This document shows, one piece after another, positions 49,091-56,096 of a stretch of 64,000 bases of DNA. Source of the DNA: a virus; IMG/VR virus record IMGVR_UViG_3300025928_000005, positions 47,342 to 111,341 of that record. The stretch is one strand, 5' to 3'. Under the pieces are notes generated by a model. It saw only the letters and a program-made list of their open reading frames with translations, ran no database searches and had not been told where the DNA came from. Numbering within the stretch: the stretch's first letter is position 1; each line of letters begins with the position of its first letter. The position numbers were made by a program, and so were the translations under genes.

Positions 49091-49123
49091 GAGCGCCCCA
49101 GCTCGAGGGAGCTGGGGCGCCTC
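49091..49123 (+). terminator. hairpin ending the plus-strand gene run
   Basis: GCGCCCCAGCTC/GAGCTGGGGCGC. Confidence 0.65.
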
Positions 49124-49260
49124 AGCAAGTTGATGAGATTTTGAGGTTGGGGGAAACTACTCGCGGATGTGAGGGGGTAGTTTGCGAGCGAGCGCGCCCC
49201 TATATAGTGCGTGAGCGCGGGACAAAACGGACATTCACGCTCGACGTGCGAAGTGACATT

Positions 49261-49287
49261 AGCGGCGCCCCACTGAGGGGCGCCGCT
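49261..49287 (-). terminator. hairpin ending the minus-strand cassette array
   Basis: AGCGGCGCCCC/GGGGCGCCGCT. Confidence 0.6.
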
Positions 49288-49295
49288 CTCTCACG

Positions 49296-49625
49296 TCACG
49301 CTCGGCACGCGCTCACTCGCGCTCCCTCGATGAGCCCCAGGTAGGCGTTGACGAGCGTGAGCTGCGAGGTGGGGCCCTCCAGGTGCGGGAAGTAGGACTC
49401 ACCGAGGCGGGCGACGTGGTGGACGGTGTGGCCCGTCCTGGCCAGCCGGAGGGCGACCTCCACCAGCTGGTCCACCTCCCCCTCGAAGGGCACCAGCACG
49501 TGCCCCTGGCCCGGCGTGAGGTTCCCCACCACGACCCGCAGGCCGTCGGCGACGTCGGCCACCCGCTCCGTCAGCGCCTCGCCGTGCTCCGTCAGCTGGG
49601 CCACGAGCCTGGTCGTCATCTGCAT
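49296..49625 (-). CDS. cassette gene, hypothetical
   Basis: own promoter/leader. Confidence 0.7.
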   Translation of the reverse strand: MQMTTRLVAQLTEHGEALTERVADVADGLRVVVGNLTPGQGHVLVPFEGEVDQLVEVALRLARTGHTVHHVARLGESYFPHLEGPTSQLTLVNAYLGLIEGARVSACRA

Positions 49626-49755
49626 CGTTCCTCGTTCCGTCATGGTATGACCCTACCACATCGCCCTGCGTTTGTAAACCCTGCACAGCCAGGTTCCCTG
49701 CCGGATCCTGGCGGCCAGCTGGCTGGGCCAGCCTGTGGCCCAGCCAGTTCCAGCC

Positions 49756-50112
49756 TCAGAGGCCGAGGATCCGCGAGGTGCGCGGGTCCAGGCCCAGCTC
49801 GTCGAGCACGTGGCTCGCCTTGGCACAGGTGATCTCGCCCTCGCGCTCCCAGCCCGCGATGAGCAGCGAGTAGCCCCTGCCCTTGGCGACCAGCGTGCCC
49901 TTGAACGCGTCCCCCAGCCACAGCTCCCAGCCCTTGCCGACCCGCTTGGCGACCAGGTCCACCGCGTCGTAGGCGCGCTCGAAGCTGGCCGTGAGGACGC
50001 GCGTGCGGTGGCCCGCCGCGTCCAGCAGCTCGGTCCAGGCACCCTCGGCGCCGACGCGGAAGAACAGCTCACCGGTGTAGTGGTCGGCGTAGCGGGGGTG
50101 GCTGGCGGTCAT
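49756..50112 (-). CDS. cassette gene, hypothetical
   Basis: own promoter/leader. Confidence 0.7.
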   Translation of the reverse strand: MTASHPRYADHYTGELFFRVGAEGAWTELLDAAGHRTRVLTASFERAYDAVDLVAKRVGKGWELWLGDAFKGTLVAKGRGYSLLIAGWEREGEITCAKASHVLDELGLDPRTSRILGL

Positions 50113-50200
50113 GGCTTCCTCCTGCGGTTCCGGGTTCCTGCGTTCTGGGTCAATCATACACCAGCGGCGGGAGTTTGTAAACCCCCGCCGCGAACCGGTG

Positions 50201-50452
50201 TCAGCGAACGTGCTCCCGCAGCCACGCCTCGCCGCTCTCCCGGGCCCACGCCACGAAGTCCGAGGCGCTCATGTGGCAGAACGTGACGTGGTCCGCCAGC
50301 TCGCTCATCACGCGGTCGCCCCAGCGCCGCACGCCCTCCTCGTTCACCTTCTGCGCGCGCACGTCGTCGGCGGGGTCGAGCCCCAGGGCCTCCTGCTTCT
50401 CGCCGCAGAGGGCGATGAGGATGAGCAGCTGGCGGTCGGTGAGGCGTCGCAT
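50201..50452 (-). CDS. cassette gene, hypothetical
   Basis: own promoter/leader. Confidence 0.7.
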   Translation of the reverse strand: MRRLTDRQLLILIALCGEKQEALGLDPADDVRAQKVNEEGVRRWGDRVMSELADHVTFCHMSASDFVAWARESGEAWLREHVR

Positions 50453-50541
50453 CGGTCGGTCTCCGTTTCCTCGGTTCCTGCGTTGGTAGGACCAGCTTAC
50501 CAGAGCCCAGGGGTTTTGTAAACCCCTGGGCTCCGGTCAGC

Positions 50542-50895
50542 TCAGCCGCGCGACTTCTCCACCCACGCCAGGGTCTCGTCGAGCCGCCTCGTGAAGTCCA
50601 CGAGCTCCTTGATGGCCGCCTTGCGGGTGCGCTCGAAGCCTCGACCCAGGCGACGGAAGCGGTCGCGGTCGGCGATCGAGTCGAGCCGCCGCACGCTGTC
50701 GTGCAGGTTGGCCGCCTCGAACCGCCAGCCCTGCTCCACGCGCTGACCCACGCTGTAGTTGCCGTCCTTGGCCATGACGTGGTGGGTCCGCTCGTCCTTG
50801 TAGACGTGCCCCAGCAGCCGCTGGCCGTCGAGGACGGCCTGCTTGAAGATGCCGTCGCGGTAGGCGCGCTTGTCGGTCTTCTGGATCGTGATCAC
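50542..50895 (-). CDS. cassette gene, hypothetical
   Basis: own promoter/leader. Confidence 0.7.
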   Translation of the reverse strand: MITIQKTDKRAYRDGIFKQAVLDGQRLLGHVYKDERTHHVMAKDGNYSVGQRVEQGWRFEAANLHDSVRRLDSIADRDRFRRLGRGFERTRKAAIKELVDFTRRLDETLAWVEKSRG

Positions 50896-51005
50896 GGCTT
50901 CCTCGTTTTCTCTCGTTCCTGCCTGCTGGTACCTACCTTACCACGGCGCGGCGAGGTTGTAAACCCCTGGGGCTCACGACCTCGCCCACCGTGGCGAGGT
51001 GGGGC

Positions 51006-51296
51006 TCAGCCCTGGCGGCGGATCGTGTAGCGCACGCCGCCGGCCTCGGCCAGCACGAACTCGCCGTGCGCCGCCGGCTCCTCGACCTCCGAGAGCTGCC
51101 GAGCCAGCTCGAGGCTCCGCTCGCGCACCTCGTCGCTCCCCGAGCCCAGGGCGTCCCTCACGACGTGGTTGACCAGCCGCACGCGCTGCTGCTCGAACGT
51201 GTCCCGCGGCGGGAAGTCGACCCAGCCCATCGCGGCGTGGAAGTCGTCGTCCGGGTTGGCGATCGAGCGGGTGGCGTAGAAGCGGGTCTCGGTCAT
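51006..51296 (-). CDS. cassette gene, hypothetical
   Basis: own promoter/leader. Confidence 0.7.
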   Translation of the reverse strand: MTETRFYATRSIANPDDDFHAAMGWVDFPPRDTFEQQRVRLVNHVVRDALGSGSDEVRERSLELARQLSEVEEPAAHGEFVLAEAGGVRYTIRRQG

Positions 51297-51370
51297 GGCT
51301 TCCTCGTTTCCTCGTTCCTGCGTTCTGGGTCAATCATACACCACGCGGGTGCGTTTGTAAACCCCTGATC

Positions 51371-51577
51371 TCAGCGCGGCGCGCGCTTGGCGACCACCGT
51401 GAGCCCCCGCGGGTCGAGCGTCACCACGCCCGCGTCGGTGTCCAGCTCGAGCACCGCGCGCCCCCAGCGCCGCAGCCGCCCGCTCGCCACCACGTCCAGC
51501 TCGCGGTCCACCACGGCCACGGGCAGCCCCAGCGCGGCCGCCCGCCGGTGCACGATGACCAGGTCCCTCGCGCTCAT
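51371..51577 (-). CDS. cassette gene, hypothetical
   Basis: own promoter/leader. Confidence 0.65.
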   Translation of the reverse strand: MSARDLVIVHRRAAALGLPVAVVDRELDVVASGRLRRWGRAVLELDTDAGVVTLDPRGLTVVAKRAPR

Positions 51578-51645
51578 CGGGTCCTCCGTTCCTCGTTCCT
51601 GCGTCCTGGTCCAATCATACACCGGCGGCGGCCGTTTGTAAACCC

Positions 51646-51936
51646 CTATCGGGGACCCGTTCCCAGGTGGCTTCGCAGCTCGTGCGTGCCGTGGTACCAC
51701 GCGCTCACCAGCAGCTCCGCGGCAGCGGAGCTGAGCGTGACCACCAGGTAGCCGTACCACGCCCCGCTCTCGTCGTCCCCCGCCTCGACGAAGAAGACGC
51801 GCCGCTCGTCCACCCGCACGTTCGTGAGGTCCACCCTGCCGCGCAGCTGCCGCAGCTCGCCGTCGAGCACGCCGCGCGGCGTGGCCGGCCCCTCGTCCAT
51901 CTGCGCGTCCAGCCAGATCGTGACCCGCTCGCCCAC
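51646..51936 (-). CDS. cassette gene, hypothetical
   Basis: own promoter/leader. Confidence 0.65.
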   Translation of the reverse strand: MGERVTIWLDAQMDEGPATPRGVLDGELRQLRGRVDLTNVRVDERRVFFVEAGDDESGAWYGYLVVTLSSAAAELLVSAWYHGTHELRSHLGTGPR

Positions 51937-52022
51937 TTGCCTCTCCGTTCCTCGTTCCTGAGACCATCTTACCACGTCCGGCGCGAGATGTAAACACCTC
52001 GCGCCCGACGAGGCGAGCCCTC

Positions 52023-52328
52023 TCAGGCTGTGGCGTGGTGCTCGGCCAGGCGCCCCAGCCGGGTGCGCGGGCCGTCCTCGATCCCACACGCCTCCTCGAA
52101 CGAGTCGATCACGACCGTGACCTGCCGCGCCTCAGCCAGGGTGTACAGCAGCCGCAGGCTGTCCTCGTCGCCCCGGAACTGGAACGAGTTCTCCTCGTCC
52201 AGCCAGTACTCCACGTCGCCGTGCGCGGGCAGCAGGCGCTGCGTGGCGCAGATCAGGCTGTACGCCTTGCCGTCGGCCTCGTCGGCGTCCCGGCCGCTGA
52301 CGTCGAGCACCATCGTGAGCGTCTTCAT
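52023..52328 (-). CDS. cassette gene, hypothetical
   Basis: own promoter/leader. Confidence 0.7.
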   Translation of the reverse strand: MKTLTMVLDVSGRDADEADGKAYSLICATQRLLPAHGDVEYWLDEENSFQFRGDEDSLRLLYTLAEARQVTVVIDSFEEACGIEDGPRTRLGRLAEHHATA

Positions 52329-52416
52329 GGGGGCCTTCTTCCTGGTTCCTGACTGGCTGATAGGTAAATCATACACCAGGTGAGGGGGTTTGTAAACCCC
52401 CTCGCCCAAGATCTTT

Positions 52417-52680
52417 TCAGGCGCCGATCCGGACGCGCGCCTCACGGCGCGAGGACGCGAAGCTCTCGTAGGGGCTGTCGCCGCGCACGACGGCGTACGA
52501 GACGTCGCGGTGCCCCGGCTTGCCGTACTTGCGCTCGAACACGACGCGGATCACGGCGCCCCGCTCGGTGACCCGATCGACCGTCCAGGAGTTGATCAGC
52601 ATCGTGCCCTCGGTCGAGCTCACGCCGTCGTCGCCCTGACGCGTGACCCGGCCGTTGCGGTGGATCTTGATCTCGCTCAC
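52417..52680 (-). CDS. cassette gene, hypothetical
   Basis: own promoter/leader. Confidence 0.7.
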   Translation of the reverse strand: MSEIKIHRNGRVTRQGDDGVSSTEGTMLINSWTVDRVTERGAVIRVVFERKYGKPGHRDVSYAVVRGDSPYESFASSRREARVRIGA

Positions 52681-52766
52681 GCCGTCCTCCGGTTCCTCGT
52701 TCCTGCGTTCTGAGACAATCATACACCAGGTGAGGGAATTTGTAAACCCCCTCACCCAGGTTTTTC

Positions 52767-53021
52767 TCAGCCGCGCGCCGCCTCGTACGAGGCGCGAGCG
52801 TCCGCCTCGCGGAGGTACGCCACCGGCGCGGCGACGTGCGTCAGCAGCAGCCACGCGCCGCTCAGGCGCAGCAGCGTGGCCCGCGGGCTGGCGTCGGCCA
52901 GCTCCGCCTGCACCCACGTCCCCGGCGCGTCCACCCACTCGACGGCGAACGTGGTGGCCCCCAGCTGGCGCACGGCGCACGGCCGCACGCACAGCCAGGT
53001 GAAGCCGTCCGGGCGCCTCAC
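52767..53021 (-). CDS. cassette gene, hypothetical (second in unit)
   Basis: GTGA overlap with 53018..53245. Confidence 0.55.
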   Translation of the reverse strand: MRRPDGFTWLCVRPCAVRQLGATTFAVEWVDAPGTWVQAELADASPRATLLRLSGAWLLLTHVAAPVAYLREADARASYEAARG

Positions 53022-53245
53022 AGCGCCGTCTCTCGCCCGTCCACGACGACGCGGATCTGCGCGACCTTGTTGAGGGCGCGCGCCGCGCGCCGCAGGTTGT
53101 CGGCGACCCTCAGAACCCCCTCGGCGTGCGCCTGGCCGCCCGCCGGGCACTCGGCCTTGTGCAGGGTCACCCAGCCCGCGAACGCGCCCATCGACTCCGC
53201 GCGCACCCGCAGCTGGACCTCGTACGTCTCCATCTTCACGTCCAC
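53018..53245 (-). CDS. cassette gene, hypothetical
   Basis: own promoter/leader. Confidence 0.65.
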   Translation of the reverse strand: MDVKMETYEVQLRVRAESMGAFAGWVTLHKAECPAGGQAHAEGVLRVADNLRRAARALNKVAQIRVVVDGRETAL

Positions 53246-53309
53246 TCCCGGTTCCTCGTTCCTGCTGTCCTGCGTTCAGCTTACCACGTCCTCGGACGTT
53301 TGTAAACCC

Positions 53310-53501
53310 CTACGCGCAGATCGTCTCGATCTCGTCGAACGCGTCGTCGGTCGACGTGTACGACGTGACCCCGCGCGCCCTGAGCGCCGCGCGCAGCTCC
53401 TCGTACGTCTCGCACGCCTCGAGCGCGACGTAGGCGTCGCACGCGACCCACGGCCGCGCGCTGCCGCGGATGAAGTCGACCTTGACCTGGCTCCGGCCCA
53501 C
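53310..53501 (-). CDS. cassette gene, hypothetical
   Basis: own promoter/leader. Confidence 0.65.
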   Translation of the reverse strand: MGRSQVKVDFIRGSARPWVACDAYVALEACETYEELRAALRARGVTSYTSTDDAFDEIETICA

Positions 53502-53574
53502 CGGTTCCTCCTCGCTCGTTCCTGCTGTCCTGCGTCCAGCTTACCAGCTGCGGCTCAGTTTGTAAACCCCTGGC

Positions 53575-53829
53575 TCACCCGAGCCCGCGCAGCACCTCGA
53601 CGCCCACGCGCAGCGGCAGCCCGAGCAGATGCCACGCGCCGTGGCGGCGGTGCCGCCGCCCGTGCCCCCGACGGTGGCGCGTGCCACGCGCTCGCGGCGC
53701 GGGTGCCACCGGCTGCCACGCGGCGGCCGGCAGCCACACCCAGCCCAGCTGCGGGTGCCACGCCCAGCTGCCAGGTGGCACCTGGGGTGCCGCGCCCGAG
53801 GGGCGCGGCACCCCGCGCCGCTCAGCCAC
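53575..53829 (-). CDS. hypothetical protein, TGCCAC-rich DNA
   Basis: overlaps upstream stop; frame uncertain. Confidence 0.35.
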   Translation of the reverse strand: MAERRGVPRPSGAAPQVPPGSWAWHPQLGWVWLPAAAWQPVAPAPRARGTRHRRGHGRRHRRHGAWHLLGLPLRVGVEVLRGLG

Positions 53830-54103
53830 GCCGGACGTCGCCCTGCGTGGCGGGCCGCCCGTGCCGCGCCTGGAACTCCACCGCGTCGATGCCGGCCGCG
53901 TCGCACTCGTCCTGCGAGAGGACGGCCTCGACGCTCACTCCCGAGCCGAACTCGCGGTAGCCCTCGTCGCCGCGCGCGCCCAGCCACAGCTGCAGCACGC
54001 TCGCGCCCCAGCCCTTGAGCACGCCCTCGAACTGCCCGCCCGTGGCGCGGTCCGTGACGACGACGTGCTGGCCGCGGTAGGCGTTCCTGCGCGCGAGGCT
54101 CAT
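53822..54103 (-). CDS. cassette gene, hypothetical
   Basis: own promoter/leader. Confidence 0.65.
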   Translation of the reverse strand: MSLARRNAYRGQHVVVTDRATGGQFEGVLKGWGASVLQLWLGARGDEGYREFGSGVSVEAVLSQDECDAAGIDAVEFQARHGRPATQGDVRRG

Positions 54104-54268
54104 GTCCTGCTCCTAGCTTCCTGGTTCCTGACTGCCTGACCTGATAACTGTATGCCGGAATCCCACGTTTGTAAACCCCTGTTTGGGGGTGTCTTTCGAC
54201 GAATCCGCGTGGTATAATCCCGCGCCCACCCGCACCCAGGTGCGCCCAGATATTATGGTCGAAGGGGG

Positions 54269-54297
54269 TTTACAAATCCATGATCATCTGGTACAAT
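54269..54297 (+). promoter_or_regulatory. divergent promoter TTTACA-N17-TACAAT
   Basis: same GGGGTTTACAAA motif in opposite orientation. Confidence 0.65.
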
Positions 54298-54465
54298 CCG
54301 CGCCCCCTTCTCGGGCCCCTCGAGCCGTGTTGACCTTGAGCCACGTGATCAACACCTGCCCCGCCCCCGCCCGCCACGCGGGAAGCCACCACGCAAAAAT
54401 TTTTTTCCTGAGTCACTCACCGCGAGCACCAGGCGGTGAGTGACCCGCGCCACGCGCGCCGGCCC

Positions 54466-55191
54466 TCACCGCCGCACCGGCGAGCTCAGCGCCACCGCCA
54501 GGGTCGCCGCGTCCAGCGCCGGCGCCACGCGCCGCCCGTCCACCCCCACGCGCCGCGCCGCCTGGGCCACCGCGCGCAGCTCGCGCTCCGCCGCCACCCG
54601 CTCCTCGATCGCGGCCAGCAGCGCCGCGGGGTCCCCGCCCCGCGCCACCACGCGGCGCACCGCGGCCAGCTCGCGCCGGCGCAGCAGCCGCCGCACCCGC
54701 TCGCACCCCTTGCAGCTCGCCCGCCGCCCGCCCGGCTTGTTGGCGTCGCGGTGGAAGCCACCGGGCGGCTGCGCCACGCCGCACGTCGCGCAGACCTTCT
54801 CCACCGCCTCAGCCACCGCCTCGACGGGAACGGTGGACACGCCCCCGCACGTAACTGGCACACCTGTGCCACTCTCTTCCACGCGCGCCCGACCCGCGCA
54901 CCGGCACGCGCTCCCAGCCACCTCCCCAGCCAGTTCCGCAGCCAGATCTGAGCCAGGTTCCGGCCCAGGATCCAGCCCCTCAGCCGCCCCTCCCGGGCCC
55001 TGAGCCCCACGCTCGCCGCCCCTCGACCCAGCCAGGGCTTGGACCAGGGCCAGCACCTCGTCCACCCCCTCGGCAGCCAGGCCCAGCCGCCACAGCGCGG
55101 CCTCCACGTCCGCCGGGGTCACCCGCCCGCTCCTCCCCTCCCCAGCCAGCCGCCTCGCCCGCTCCACCGTCGCCCTTCCCACCCGAGCCAC
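54466..55191 (-). CDS. hypothetical protein with CxxC..CxxC Zn finger
   Basis: KVCATCG..FHRD..SCKGC. Confidence 0.5.
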   Translation of the reverse strand: MARVGRATVERARRLAGEGRSGRVTPADVEAALWRLGLAAEGVDEVLALVQALAGSRGGERGAQGPGGAAEGLDPGPEPGSDLAAELAGEVAGSACRCAGRARVEESGTGVPVTCGGVSTVPVEAVAEAVEKVCATCGVAQPPGGFHRDANKPGGRRASCKGCERVRRLLRRRELAAVRRVVARGGDPAALLAAIEERVAAERELRAVAQAARRVGVDGRRVAPALDAATLAVALSSPVRR

Positions 55192-55285
55192 CCGTTCCCG
55201 CCCCCTGTCTCAGCCGCTCGCCGCCTCGCCCACCGTCCCAGGTAAAACCTACCAGCGAGGCCCCTCGCCGTCCGCGGTGAGGGCC

Positions 55286-55708
55286 TCAGGGTTCCAGCCC
55301 GGCCCGACGGCGCGTCGCGGTCACGTCCCTCGACCGGACGCCGATCCCGGCGTTGGGGTGACCCGGCCCATCCGGCTTGACGGGGTAGCCCGCGGCGAGG
55401 CACGCCAGGATGAGCTCACCGTTGGTCACGTACTCGCCCGTCGCCCGCTCGTAGACGTGCTTCAGCCCGTAGCTGCCGTGTCGGCCGGCTCCCCTCGTTG
55501 CCTCGAGGTTGTCCAGCAGCCAGCGGGCGACCCGCACCGCCCGGCTGAGGTTCCGCTCCAGGTCGGCCCGGTCCCTCGCGTGGCTGGCTCCGCTCGCTCG
55601 ACCGGGAGCCTCGAGCGTCCCGTAGCCGTGCGCCGTGAGGCTCGGGTCCGCGGCGAGCGCTCGCCGCGCCGCCTGAGCCAGCTGTCGGTCGTCAACGTTC
55701 CTCGTCAC
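55286..55708 (-). CDS. hypothetical phage protein
   Basis: SYGLKH..E..YVTNGELI.A...GY motif. Confidence 0.7.
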   Translation of the reverse strand: MTRNVDDRQLAQAARRALAADPSLTAHGYGTLEAPGRASGASHARDRADLERNLSRAVRVARWLLDNLEATRGAGRHGSYGLKHVYERATGEYVTNGELILACLAAGYPVKPDGPGHPNAGIGVRSRDVTATRRRAGLEP

Positions 55709-55739
55709 GTGCCCACCCTATCATCAACGTTGCTGTTCT

Positions 55740-56096
55740 TGGACTCCTGAACTTTTGGACTTTTCGCTCTATATGAGCGATTACGGCGGAACGGTTACAT
55801 ACGGTAACCACTTGGATACCCTATCTACCATCTCTTCCTTACCCAACCTACAGTTACTTTGAGCTCTATAAGTCCAAAAGTCCTACCTACCTACCTAGAA
55901 GACCTGGTAGAGGCCCTGTGACCCGGTTGGACTTACCGCTGGACTTCCCCTGGACTTTCCACCACGAGCCCCTCGAGGCGAGAAAGTCCACGCCCCACCC
56001 CGCCACCGCTGTGGTGACGGCTCCCGGGACGTGGACTTTCCACCGCCTCACCCCCTCGCGGAAGTCCAGCCCTCGACGACCTCCTTGAGAAGTCCA
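55740..56096. other. candidate replication origin with TGGACTT repeats in both orientations
   Basis: about 10 copies in an AT-richer gap at the 3' end of the primase/helicase gene. Confidence 0.55.

Larger units (their letters stand above)
49626..54180 (-). repeat. array of 12 promoter/leader repeats (GGGGTTTACAAA..-10 box..CAGGAACGAGGAAC)
   Basis: plus-strand TGTAAAC near 49673, 50176, 50517, 50958, 51356, 51637, 51989, 52391, 52741, 53301, 53561, 54170. Confidence 0.9.

Noticed and set aside
49626-54180. CRISPR array or integron attC interpretation of the repeats
   Set aside because: Repeats are promoter-shaped and degenerate, spacers are whole genes of variable length, and no cas or integrase gene is present.
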